NCBI GenBank assembly: GCA_964512655.1
Contig: CAZEJT010000011.1
Span: forward strand, 2,848-66,847
From: an uncultured Chlorobiaceae bacterium
GTDB lineage: Bacteria; Bacteroidota; Ignavibacteria; UBA10030; SZUA-254
DNA length: 64,000 nt
Direction: 5' to 3'
The translations under genes and the position numbers were made by a program. The notes beneath the pieces are model-generated. The model was not told where the DNA came from, ran no database searches, and saw nothing but the letters and a program-made list of their open reading frames with translations. Below, one piece after another: positions 42,633 to 51,880 of the stretch (its first letter is position 1; every line of letters begins with the position of its first letter).

Positions 42633-43519
42633 GCCCGCAGATACGATGGACGTTCATCGATACCGGATTCCATCCCGGGGCATTCAATATGGAGTTCGAC
42701 GAGATGCTCGCGGCCCGCGCGGCGAGCGATCCCGAAACCGCCGCGCTCAGGGTCTACGGGTGGAATCCGGATGCAATATCGATCGGAGTTCACCAGAGCG
42801 AGGATGATTTCGACGCCGCTGCGCTCAAACGCGAGGGCATCGACCTCGTCCGTCGGCCCACGGGCGGTCGCGCAATCCTTCATTCACACGAATTGACGTA
42901 CAGCGTCGCGATGCCGGTAGAGGAATTAGGCCCCCGGGAAACATACCGTTTCATCAGCAGAGGAATCCTCCGCGCGCTTGCCATCATGGGAGTTGAAGCC
43001 ACGGTCACCGAACAGGACCAAGGGCTCAGGTCCCATCCGGAGGACCCGGCGTCGGTACCCTGCTTCAGCAGCACGGCAAAGGATGAGATCCAGGTCGCAG
43101 GCAGAAAGCTTGTCGGAAGCGCCCAGCGTCGTTATGGCCGCATCGTACTTCAGCACGGCTCTGTTCTACTCGGTCCCGAGCACCGGCGCATCGTCGAATT
43201 CCTCTCTCATTCCGCGATAAACTCCCGATCGCTCCTTGAGGAAGATCTCACAAACCGCACGATCGACGTCGAAACAATCCTCAGACGGGATGTTACTTTT
43301 GAGGAATGCGCCGTCGCGATGAGACGCGGCTTCGAGCTTGCGTGCGGGATCATTTTCGAGGATGAGGAATCGCTTAATACGTGGAATCCATTACCGGCTG
43401 CGCCTCATATTCAAATCGATCGTTCCGCCGCTCCTGCGGCGGAATGCATCTCCGGGCCCTCCGCGCCCGCACTTCGAGCCTCATCGCTCCCGGTAGGCGC
43501 GGGCTTTAGCCCGCGTTAA
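42629..43519 (+). CDS. Lipoate-protein ligase A family protein (LipM-like)
   Basis: NMEFDE, VRRPTGGRAILH, RKLVGSAQ, LQHGS; the last ~35 aa are repeat-derived. Confidence 0.9.
   Translation: MSPQIRWTFIDTGFHPGAFNMEFDEMLAARAASDPETAALRVYGWNPDAISIGVHQSEDDFDAAALKREGIDLVRRPTGGRAILHSHELTYSVAMPVEELGPRETYRFISRGILRALAIMGVEATVTEQDQGLRSHPEDPASVPCFSSTAKDEIQVAGRKLVGSAQRRYGRIVLQHGSVLLGPEHRRIVEFLSHSAINSRSLLEEDLTNRTIDVETILRRDVTFEECAVAMRRGFELACGIIFEDEESLNTWNPLPAAPHIQIDRSAAPAAECISGPSAPALRASSLPVGAGFSPR
43416..43516 (+). repeat. Family C plus REP-A mosaic inside the 3' end of the lipoate ligase
   Basis: TCGATCGTTCCGCCGCTCCTGCGGCGGAATGC...CTCCGCGCCCGCACTT matches 28134-28192; REP-A at 43493-43516. Confidence 0.85.
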
Positions 43520-43541
43520 CACTCATGGAACGAGCATACCA

Positions 43542-44384
43542 ATGGCACTCGCTATGAAGAATAATAAGAAAACTCCCGCCGCGAAACCCCGCGTGGTCAC
43601 CACGAAGACCGTCATGACCATGAAGCAGACCGGCGAGAAGATCGCCATGCTCACGGCCTACGACTTCCTCGTGGCGAAATATCTTGACCAGGTCGGGACC
43701 GACATCATCCTCGTGGGCGACTCGCTCGGGAACGTCGTTCATGGATACGAGACGACTCTTCCCGTGACCGTCGACGACATGATCTATCATGCGAAGGCGG
43801 TGAAGCGCGCCGTCAGGAACGCTCTCATTGTGGTGGACATGCCGTTCATGTCGTTTCAGGCCAGCGAGGACGAGGCCGTACACAACGCCGGGCGGATTAT
43901 GAAGGAAGTAGGTGTAGGCGCGGTGAAGCTCGAAGGAGGCGCGTACATCGCGGACATCGTCAGGCACCTCGTGAGGATCGGCATCCCCGTGATGGGGCAT
44001 CTGGGGCTCACGCCTCAGGCAATCAACAAGTTTGGAACGTACGAGGTGCGCGCGCAATCGAAAGCCGAGGCCGACGAGCTTCTTAATGATGCTAAAGTCC
44101 TCGCGGAGGCGGGGGTGTTCGCGATCGTTCTCGAGAAAATCCCGGCGGCGCTCGCAAAACGCGTCACGAAGGCGGTGTCCGTGCCGACCATCGGGATCGG
44201 CGCCGGGCCGGACTGCGACGGTCAGGTCCTCGTCGTCTACGACATGCTGGGACTTACCGAAGAATTCAAACCCCGCTTTGTGCGGCGCTACACCGAGCTC
44301 GCGGAGATCATGCGGACCGCGTTCCGGAAGTATATCGACGACGTGAGATCGAAACGCTTCCCCACGGGGAAGGAGAGCTACTGA
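43542..44384 (+). CDS. panB: 3-methyl-2-oxobutanoate hydroxymethyltransferase
   Basis: MLTAYD, LVGDSLG, VKLEGG, GHLGLTPQ, TIGIGAG. Confidence 0.98.
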   Translation: MALAMKNNKKTPAAKPRVVTTKTVMTMKQTGEKIAMLTAYDFLVAKYLDQVGTDIILVGDSLGNVVHGYETTLPVTVDDMIYHAKAVKRAVRNALIVVDMPFMSFQASEDEAVHNAGRIMKEVGVGAVKLEGGAYIADIVRHLVRIGIPVMGHLGLTPQAINKFGTYEVRAQSKAEADELLNDAKVLAEAGVFAIVLEKIPAALAKRVTKAVSVPTIGIGAGPDCDGQVLVVYDMLGLTEEFKPRFVRRYTELAEIMRTAFRKYIDDVRSKRFPTGKESY

Positions 44385-44389
44385 GAGGG

Positions 44390-45181
44390 ATGGCCCGCGC
44401 GCCCCGGAAGAAGCTCAGGATCCTCGTCTCAAACGACGATGGGATCGACGCACCGGGCATCGAAGCGGTCGTCGGCGAATTGAAAAAGATCGGGGAGGTC
44501 ACCGTCGTCGCCCCTGACAAGCAGAGAAGCGCCGTCGGCCACGCGATCACGGTGAACTACCCTCTGCGGGTCTCGAAATTCTACAAAAACCGCGCCTTCT
44601 TCGGCTACGCCGTAGAGGGCACACCGGCCGACTGCGTGAAATTAGCAATTCGCTCGCTCCTCAAAGAGAAGCCCGACATCCTCGTTTCGGGCGTGAACCA
44701 CGGCTCCAACACCGCCATCAACATCATCTACTCGGGCACCGTCTCCGCCGCCACGGAAGGCACGGTCCTCGGGATCCCGTCCATCGCCGTCTCATTGACC
44801 ACCTTTGGGACTCCCGATTTTTCGTACGCCGCCAGATTCACGCGGAAATTTGCGGCGTTCGTTGCAAAGCGGAAGCTCCCCGAGGGGACTCTCCTCAACG
44901 TGAACATACCTGCCGTGAAAGAAAAGGACATCCGGGGGGTGGTGATCACGAGGCAGGGAAAGACGCGGTGGGACGACACGTTTGACGTGCGCCGCGATCC
45001 GGCCGACAAGGAATATTACTGGCTCACCGGTAATCTCCAGGTAGTCGACCACGCTCCCGATACCGACCAGATCGCCGTGATGAACGGCTACGTTTCCATC
45101 ACCCCCATACACTACGACCTCACCGACTACGCCACCCTCGCGAAGATCCGCCGCTGGCCGGTCGGGTCCCTGTTGAAATAA
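44390..45181 (+). CDS. surE: 5'/3'-nucleotidase SurE
   Basis: SNDDG, GTPADCV, SGVNHGSN, YSGTVSAA. Confidence 0.97.
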   Translation: MARAPRKKLRILVSNDDGIDAPGIEAVVGELKKIGEVTVVAPDKQRSAVGHAITVNYPLRVSKFYKNRAFFGYAVEGTPADCVKLAIRSLLKEKPDILVSGVNHGSNTAINIIYSGTVSAATEGTVLGIPSIAVSLTTFGTPDFSYAARFTRKFAAFVAKRKLPEGTLLNVNIPAVKEKDIRGVVITRQGKTRWDDTFDVRRDPADKEYYWLTGNLQVVDHAPDTDQIAVMNGYVSITPIHYDLTDYATLAKIRRWPVGSLLK

Positions 45182-45756
45182 TGCGCCTGCCTCCGTCACC
45201 GTTTTTTGTAGGCGCGGGCTTTAGCCCGCGTTCGTTGGTTCTCTTCTTCCTCACTCCAGTTATTCTCTCCGGTTGCTCTCATACGGTGACCGTCTCTCGC
45301 TACACGAATCGCACCCTCGGCGATTCAATCAGTTATGCCAAAGCCAACTCTATGTTCGGGGAAGGCTCCTGGTCAAGCTTTGGCATGGTCCTGCGCGATG
45401 GATCGGAACAAGCCGGAAGTGAATTTCGGATACAGGGGGACACGCTCAGGTTCACGGATACAGGGGGGATCAACTCAGTCCACGTTTCTACCCAGGACGT
45501 GCTTTACCTGGAAAGGAAGGATCATTTCGGCGGCGCAGTTCTGGGTCTACTTGGGGGTATCGCGGTCGGCGTCGGCGGGGCCATCGCCCTACATTCTCTC
45601 GCTGGACATAGCGGAGGAGATATGGAAGGGTTGGGCTATGGCCTACTGGCGATCCTAGGCGGACTTGTTGGTGGGACGGCAGGCAGCGTCGCAGGAGCCA
45701 TCCACGGAGACCAGACGAAGTTCCAATTCGCCCACGACTCATTGAACACGCGGTAG
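45181..45756 (+). CDS. Hypothetical lipoprotein with a glycine-zipper-like C-terminus
   Basis: TAATG overlap with surE, lipobox LSGC, Gly-rich hydrophobic hairpin. A REP-A copy lies at 45208-45231 in the signal region. Confidence 0.7.
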   Translation: MRLPPSPFFVGAGFSPRSLVLFFLTPVILSGCSHTVTVSRYTNRTLGDSISYAKANSMFGEGSWSSFGMVLRDGSEQAGSEFRIQGDTLRFTDTGGINSVHVSTQDVLYLERKDHFGGAVLGLLGGIAVGVGGAIALHSLAGHSGGDMEGLGYGLLAILGGLVGGTAGSVAGAIHGDQTKFQFAHDSLNTR

Positions 45757-45758
45757 AG

Positions 45759-46817
45759 ATGGAAAAGCTGCGCTTGGCGATACTCTCGAGTCTGATATTT
45801 GTGCCCTCGTGCCAAAGAGACATAGACGTACTACCTCCTCCCCCCCGGCAGATATGGCAAGTCTATCACCCGTCCGACACTCCGATCCTCGACGACAAGA
45901 TCAACCAACTGACGGTTGCAAGTGACGGTACTGTCTGGATTTCTTCCGACCATGGCGCCTCGTATCGTAAGCGGGCGAATTGGGGTTGGGTCCAAGACTC
46001 ATTGTATGGATACCGGGTGAATTCGATTGTAGAGGCGAAGGATCGTGCCATCTGGTTTTGTCTGTCCGGAGGTGGCGTGATCCGACTCAACCTGTTTTCG
46101 CCGACCGCAGTGTGGCGAAGATACGCCGAACCGGATCTTATCTACGACTACGTCCTTTCGGGCGCCGCGGATAGGTCGAACCGGACCCAATATGGGGAAC
46201 TGTGGTTTGCGACCGCCTATGGGTTGAGCCGCTTTGTTCAGAGCGCAAATGAGCAAGGGAGCTGGCTGAAGTACAGTCAGACGGACTCCGGCCAACACAT
46301 AGCAGAATTTCCGACGAATACTTTCTTGGTAGCCGCAAACAATCTTGCCGATAATACTTTCTGGTTCGGAGCAGAGCAGGGCGGTACCGTCTTTGTTTCG
46401 TACGGACTTGCGAGTCTCCAATGGAGCCATCTTGACTTGCGTTTCCGGAATCCAAGAGTCCTGTCAATCGGGTTCGATCTTTCCCAGAGAGTCTGGATCG
46501 GCGGGGATTACGGAGGTGTGTCTGTTCTCGATTTCAGAACATATACTTGGACGGAATACAACAGTCAAACCACAAACGGAAGAGTTCCCGAAGGCAGGAT
46601 CAACTCCATAGTTACGGACTATCTTTCAACACGCTGGTTCGGAACTGACGGAGGACTGGTGGGGTTGAACGATACAACGTGGACGGTGTTTACGACAACC
46701 AACAGTCCTCTCCCGAGCGATACAGTCACAGCCCTTGCGTTGGATACACGCGCCAATCTCTGGATTGGGACTGCTCGTGGGCTGGCGGTTTATAATCAGT
46801 CCGGTATAAGCTTCTGA
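45759..46817 (+). CDS. Beta-propeller lipoprotein (two-component regulator propeller-type repeats)
   Basis: Cys after the signal peptide; repeated lW(F/I)GT..Gl blades (NSPLPSDTVTALALD..NLWIGTARGL). Confidence 0.8.
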   Translation: MEKLRLAILSSLIFVPSCQRDIDVLPPPPRQIWQVYHPSDTPILDDKINQLTVASDGTVWISSDHGASYRKRANWGWVQDSLYGYRVNSIVEAKDRAIWFCLSGGGVIRLNLFSPTAVWRRYAEPDLIYDYVLSGAADRSNRTQYGELWFATAYGLSRFVQSANEQGSWLKYSQTDSGQHIAEFPTNTFLVAANNLADNTFWFGAEQGGTVFVSYGLASLQWSHLDLRFRNPRVLSIGFDLSQRVWIGGDYGGVSVLDFRTYTWTEYNSQTTNGRVPEGRINSIVTDYLSTRWFGTDGGLVGLNDTTWTVFTTTNSPLPSDTVTALALDTRANLWIGTARGLAVYNQSGISF

Positions 46818-46833
46818 TCACCGAAATCCCCTC

Positions 46834-46857
46834 TAAGGGCCGGCTTTAGCCGGCGTG
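46834..46857 (+). repeat. REP family A copy between convergent genes
   Basis: TAAGGGCCGGCTTTAGCCGGCGTG. Confidence 0.75.
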
Positions 46858-46869
46858 ATCGATCGCCAA

Positions 46870-47451
46870 TCAGTCGCTCCCCGGGCAGCGAGTAACAATT
46901 CCGAGGAAGTAAAAACTCTTGAAATCGCCGGCCGCATACTGCTTCTGACTAATGGATATCGATAGACGGCGGTTCAGTTCGTATTCAATGGCTGTGCCGT
47001 AATGGAACGAGGCTATGATAGGAATGGGTCCGTTTCCAACGCCTAGCTGCAAACCTGCCGTCAGACCACCATACTTGACTCTAATTCTGAATGCCGCATC
47101 GAGGATTACGAAATATCTTGCCCCTTCGGATTCTTGCAATCCAATGGGGGACCATCGGGGTTCTTCCCAAATATGCATGCCCAATACGATGGAGGCTGCA
47201 TTTGGGGACCGAAGCTCATAATAAGCAGACACTGCCAAAAGTTTATCGACCGGGCCGTCCGTTGCTTGAACGCCGGCCCTGAATCCAAGCCAGGATCCGG
47301 CATCCTGCCCGTAAAGTCCCCGGGCGATGACGAGACTATCCACGCGCTCAATGTTCTCCGCCTCCTGTGAGAGGCATGAGTCGGCGAGGACAAATAGGCA
47401 CGAGGCAATAAGTATGCTGCAGAGAACCGGAAACGCAAACCTCCCTTTCAT
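46870..47451 (-). CDS. Hypothetical exported protein (possible small beta-barrel)
   Basis: Signal-like N-terminus and alternating beta-strand patterns; no family recognised. Confidence 0.55.
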   Translation of the reverse strand: MKGRFAFPVLCSILIASCLFVLADSCLSQEAENIERVDSLVIARGLYGQDAGSWLGFRAGVQATDGPVDKLLAVSAYYELRSPNAASIVLGMHIWEEPRWSPIGLQESEGARYFVILDAAFRIRVKYGGLTAGLQLGVGNGPIPIIASFHYGTAIEYELNRRLSISISQKQYAAGDFKSFYFLGIVTRCPGSD

Positions 47452-47479
47452 CCCCGCTCACATCTAACGGACTTAACCC

Positions 47480-49891
47480 TTAGTCGTCACCCTGTGACGA
47501 CACGAATGCCCCTCTCCTCGGAGCCGGCATCGCCGAGCCTTCCCCACGAACCGCCAGCCAGATCACTCTATTTAGATCCTGTACCGGAGCGCGGTCGGGC
47601 CCCGAGAGGTCGAACATATCGGATGCTTCCGAAGAATTGTTCACTGCGATATTCTTGTCATCAAGATCGATTCTCGCGGGAAGCGCCGTAAAAACTGACC
47701 TGTCAATCGAACCGTCGAAGCACCTCCACATCGGGGTTGCCGCCGCATCGTACTGGCTCATCGGGGGCAAGCCGAGAATCAGCTCCATGGTCCGAAGCAT
47801 AGAGGAGGACGAGTACATGGTGTGGTCGACCGCGTGCCGGCGGACATGGCCCCCCGCCACAAAGGCGATGCTCCTGTGCGCATCCACATGATCGGGCCCG
47901 TCCTGCGCATCGTCCTCGAGCACAAAGACCGCGCTCTCATTCCACACCGAACTGTGTGAAAGATGTTCGACGAGCTTCCCCAGCGCGAGATCGTTGTCTG
48001 CTACTGCCGCAAACGGCGAGAAGGCGCCTTTCGATAGACCGCTTGTGTGGTCGTTGGGAAGATATACGAGATTCATTGCCGGGAGCGCGTTTACCGCGAG
48101 GAGCGAATCGAAATCATTCTCCCAGACCCTCTCGCGCGTGGTGTCCTTAATTTTCAGGTTCCAACCCGGATACGTTCCGCAGGTCTGTTCCGCGAGGGTC
48201 TTTAGCTTCGGAGGTCCTTCGTCTCCGAATTCCCCGTAGTTCCGGAATGAGACGTTATGTGATAGGCAGTTATCCCAGATGAATCCGTTCCTCGGAAGCG
48301 CAATCGATCGATTGCCGATGTAGTCGTATTCCCCGCCCCGTCCGCCGTACCGCGTGGGCCACGTCTTCTCGATGAAATCATTGGCGTATGCGGCGGTGCT
48401 CCAGTTGTGTCCGTCAGCGCTGACTTCCCCATCGACATAGAAATTATCGAGAAGGACGAACTCCCGTGCGATCGCATGCTGGTTTGGCGTTACTCGCTCG
48501 GGGAAAAGGCACAAAGAGGTATCACCATTCCCCCGGGGATCGTCTCCGAGAACCTGGTCGTACGTGCGGTTTTCCTTGATGACGTAGAAGACGTGCTTGA
48601 TCGGTGACGGTTCGCCCGGCCTGACAGGTATTGGGTTCCCGGATTCGCCTCCTGACATCGAGGCAGCCGACGGGCTGTAGGGAGTGTTGCGATAGACCAT
48701 TTGAGAGTACGCGGCAAGCTGGGCCCCGTCGGGCTCCGGAATGACGCTGATGGTTCCCTTGAACAGGCCCCCAATGTACTGTTCTCGCTTCTTCGACTCT
48801 TCAGCCTTGCCTCTCCTCCGAGCGGGGTTGGGCCCTCGCGGGTTAGGCGCAGATGTGATTCCCTTCCCGTTCGCCACCCACACTCGACCGTCGACCACTC
48901 GAACGCACGTCGGATACCACCCGGTCGGTATGAAACCCTTTGAGACGCTGTGGCCGGGGCGTTCAACGTTGAACACAGCGAGACAGTTGTTATCGGCGTT
49001 CGCCGCATAGAGCCTTTTGCCGTCCTCGCTCAATCCGATGCTGTTGGTCGTGCTTCCCTCGAGGGATTGCGGAAAGAGCGCGGCGGAAAGGGTTTCCAAA
49101 ACGCTGAGCTGCCGAGTGTCGATCACGGATATGCTATTATCCTGCGAGTTGGCCACGAAGAGATAGCGGCCGTCTCCGGTCAGGCATAGGTCGTTGGGAT
49201 TGCTCCCCGTCGCTATGTGCGCCGTAATCGAATCGGCCTTCGTGTCATAGACACAGACGTTCTTGTTTCCCCAGACCGAGATGTACAGCGTTGCGTGATC
49301 AGGAGAAAGGAGGCATGTGTACGCTTCGCCGTCAAGTGTGTCCCTCTTCAGAACCGACTTGGTCTTTATATCAATGACATACAGCGAATTATTCTCCTTG
49401 GTCACGACGTAGAGTCGATTCCGCGACTCATCGAGGGCCAGCCCGGTCGGCGAGATTCGGACAGGCCAGGGCTTGCCGAGGACAATGCTGTCCTGGGGAG
49501 TCAGCGAGTTGTTTTCAACAGAATATGTCCGAATGGTATTGAGATTTCCGGCAGAGACATAGAGATGGCGGTCATCGCGAGTGAACTCAATTCCCAGCCA
49601 GGATCGCGGGATCGGCATTATATCCGTCACGCGGGCGGTCGCCACGTCGATCAACTCGATCGACTGATCGCTTTCCCCGTTGTTCGTAACCGCGATCAGA
49701 CGGCGATCGTGACTCACCGCAAAATTCATCGGTAGATCTCCGACGCCTATCGATCTCCCGACCGGCGTCAGATGCCACCCGTTCGGGAGGCTAACACGGT
49801 CGCCGTTGACCCCCGGAAGGGACCTGACCATCCTCTGGCTGCAGCCTATGGCACCGAGAAGAAGCGAGAATATCAGAAGTCGTACAATCAT
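47480..49891 (-). CDS. YncE/YVTN beta-propeller fused to a phosphoesterase domain, lipoprotein
   Basis: Lipobox AIGC, YVTN-type blades, IKHVFYVIKENRTYDQVLGD, SADGHNWS, EDDAQDGPDHVDAHRS. Confidence 0.9.
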   Translation of the reverse strand: MIVRLLIFSLLLGAIGCSQRMVRSLPGVNGDRVSLPNGWHLTPVGRSIGVGDLPMNFAVSHDRRLIAVTNNGESDQSIELIDVATARVTDIMPIPRSWLGIEFTRDDRHLYVSAGNLNTIRTYSVENNSLTPQDSIVLGKPWPVRISPTGLALDESRNRLYVVTKENNSLYVIDIKTKSVLKRDTLDGEAYTCLLSPDHATLYISVWGNKNVCVYDTKADSITAHIATGSNPNDLCLTGDGRYLFVANSQDNSISVIDTRQLSVLETLSAALFPQSLEGSTTNSIGLSEDGKRLYAANADNNCLAVFNVERPGHSVSKGFIPTGWYPTCVRVVDGRVWVANGKGITSAPNPRGPNPARRRGKAEESKKREQYIGGLFKGTISVIPEPDGAQLAAYSQMVYRNTPYSPSAASMSGGESGNPIPVRPGEPSPIKHVFYVIKENRTYDQVLGDDPRGNGDTSLCLFPERVTPNQHAIAREFVLLDNFYVDGEVSADGHNWSTAAYANDFIEKTWPTRYGGRGGEYDYIGNRSIALPRNGFIWDNCLSHNVSFRNYGEFGDEGPPKLKTLAEQTCGTYPGWNLKIKDTTRERVWENDFDSLLAVNALPAMNLVYLPNDHTSGLSKGAFSPFAAVADNDLALGKLVEHLSHSSVWNESAVFVLEDDAQDGPDHVDAHRSIAFVAGGHVRRHAVDHTMYSSSSMLRTMELILGLPPMSQYDAAATPMWRCFDGSIDRSVFTALPARIDLDDKNIAVNNSSEASDMFDLSGPDRAPVQDLNRVIWLAVRGEGSAMPAPRRGAFVSSQGDD

Positions 49892-49934
49892 GGTTCCTGA
49901 GGCAATTGGAGTGAATGCTTGTTAAGGGTTCGGC

Positions 49935-51611
49935 CTATTTTACGAAACATTCCGTGAGCGGCCGCCCTTCACAACCCTCCGGAGGGGCGATGGAGAGCAC
50001 CCGGGCCAGAGTGGGAGCGATATCCAGGGGCGATGAACGGCCGCCGTACGACCCGGCCCGAAAGCCCGGTCCGTAGAATATAAGCGGAACATGGCAATCA
50101 TACCAATAAGGGGTTCCGTGGATCCCCGGGTCCTTGTCGCCAAAAATGCAATAAGGCTTGACCACAATCATGAGATCCGCTCCTCGGACAGGATCATATG
50201 ACTCCCGCACTTTGCCGATGATTGAGTCACCGGGCACTCCGAAGGAGGAATTGAGGATCTCATCGCGCAGGTAGCAGCGGGCCACTCCGGGCATCCGCTC
50301 GGCGAACGACGCTAGATCCCGCTCAAATTTCTGGGCATCGAAATGGTGTCCGGCAATGCCCGCCGTGTCGAGCCACACGGAGCCGTAGATAAGCGAGCGA
50401 ATGAGATTGTCGTTCCCCTCGTCATAGTTGTACGTCTGTCCCATGTGAACTTTCATGTCAAGGAGCATATCGGCGGCCGACAATCGAAGGCCCCCTTGTG
50501 CCTTCGTTTGTTCGGGGAGCGGTGCGACTCCGTGATCAGCTGTGAGGACGATCGCTACGTTCTTCATCCCGACCGTTGAATCGATAAAACGGAAGAATCC
50601 CGCGAGTTGGCGGTCGAGACGGAGCAGGATATCCTCAATCTCGTGACTGTCCGGGCCGAACGTGTGCCCGCAGTAATCGGGAGACGAGAAGCTCACCGAG
50701 AGAATGTCCGATTCCCCCCGCCGTCCGAGCCTCTCACCCCGGATCGCCGCCTCCGCGAATTCTATCGTAAGATCGTCCGCATATGGGGTACAGACGAATG
50801 ATTCAAACCGTTTGAATTGCGGGGCTCCCTTGCCGGTCGGCTGGTCCGCAAGGTCCGAGGCACGGTGAGGAAACACCCGCGATGTTTCCCCTGGCAGAAT
50901 CCCTTCCCCCGCCGCGCTGTCAGGCCCCTGACGGACGTACGCCTCCTCGGGAAGAAGCTTCCTCCATTCCTTTCCGAGATATTTTTCTGCTCCGTGTTTG
51001 TCGAACTCGACGACCCAATTCGGGAGAGTCGAGTCGTAGTACGAACTTGTGATCCATCGGCCGGTCGAGTATTCAAACCAGTACGCTCCGGTCGGGTGCT
51101 TGCCGGCAGGAAGTATGGCCCCTCTGTCCTTCAGCGCTATCCCAACCACCTTCGATCCGGGAGATGCATTTCGGAGCAGGTCGGCGAGCGTTTCTCCCTT
51201 GAAATTGCGCGGAGACATCTTACCGGCAGGGTCCGTTGAGTCGGCGCCTACCGCATGCACCGCCCGATCTTCAGCGCAGTACCATGTCCTCCCGGATGCA
51301 CGATCATACCAGTCATTTCCGATGATGCCGCTTTTCGAGGGTGGTATCCCTGAGAGGATCACCGAATGACCGGGACCGGTCAGGGTTGAGCTGTAAGGAT
51401 AGTTGGAGTTGGTAAATCTCGCTCCCCCCTTCATAAGCAAATGGAATCCGCCTTCCCCGAAGAGGTCGCCGAACCGGTCTAGGTAGTCCGCCCTCATCTG
51501 ATCAACGACAATCACGATGGTCAGTTTTGGCCTGGCCGTGGGAGAACCCTGAGACCGCAAAGGAATTAAGGAGGATAGAACCAGGAGACTGGTACCAAGC
51601 CTTGCGCGCAT
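49935..51611 (-). CDS. PafA-type alkaline phosphatase family protein
   Basis: IVVDQMRADYL, TGPGH Thr nucleophile, IIGNDW, KDRGAILPAG, DYCGHTFGPDS, TADHG. Confidence 0.92.
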   Translation of the reverse strand: MRARLGTSLLVLSSLIPLRSQGSPTARPKLTIVIVVDQMRADYLDRFGDLFGEGGFHLLMKGGARFTNSNYPYSSTLTGPGHSVILSGIPPSKSGIIGNDWYDRASGRTWYCAEDRAVHAVGADSTDPAGKMSPRNFKGETLADLLRNASPGSKVVGIALKDRGAILPAGKHPTGAYWFEYSTGRWITSSYYDSTLPNWVVEFDKHGAEKYLGKEWRKLLPEEAYVRQGPDSAAGEGILPGETSRVFPHRASDLADQPTGKGAPQFKRFESFVCTPYADDLTIEFAEAAIRGERLGRRGESDILSVSFSSPDYCGHTFGPDSHEIEDILLRLDRQLAGFFRFIDSTVGMKNVAIVLTADHGVAPLPEQTKAQGGLRLSAADMLLDMKVHMGQTYNYDEGNDNLIRSLIYGSVWLDTAGIAGHHFDAQKFERDLASFAERMPGVARCYLRDEILNSSFGVPGDSIIGKVRESYDPVRGADLMIVVKPYCIFGDKDPGIHGTPYWYDCHVPLIFYGPGFRAGSYGGRSSPLDIAPTLARVLSIAPPEGCEGRPLTECFVK

Positions 51612-51616
51612 AGGGA

Positions 51617-51717
51617 GAGATTCCTTAAAGAGGTATGTCGGTAAACTAATGATTGAGTATTAAGGAATCTCCACCAAATCGTTAACTTGGTGTCAAATGA
51701 GGGGATAATTGGGTTAA
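51617..51717 (-). promoter_or_regulatory. Putative regulatory region of the phosphatase genes (inverted repeat plus phased hexamers)
   Basis: Perfect 12 bp inverted repeat GAGATTCCTTAA/TTAAGGAATCTC; minus-strand TTAACC, TTGACA, TTAACG, TTAATA spaced 21, 11 and 22 bp. Confidence 0.4.
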
Positions 51718-51880
51718 GAATCAAGTAAAACCCGTGCTCGCGGCAGGGCGGCATGGGATGTCGCCGTGGTAGGGGAATCTCCCATTGCGCTTGAAGTTGT
51801 TTATCCCTACCTTTGCCTCTGGGGAGGTATGTAGCCGGCTCATTCCGTGAAGTCATCCGGCGGATCGGAGGGAGAATTGT

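Noticed and set aside
51720-51880. Riboswitch upstream of the T9SS/FN3 gene
   Set aside because: Small hairpins only; I could not match any known aptamer consensus by eye.
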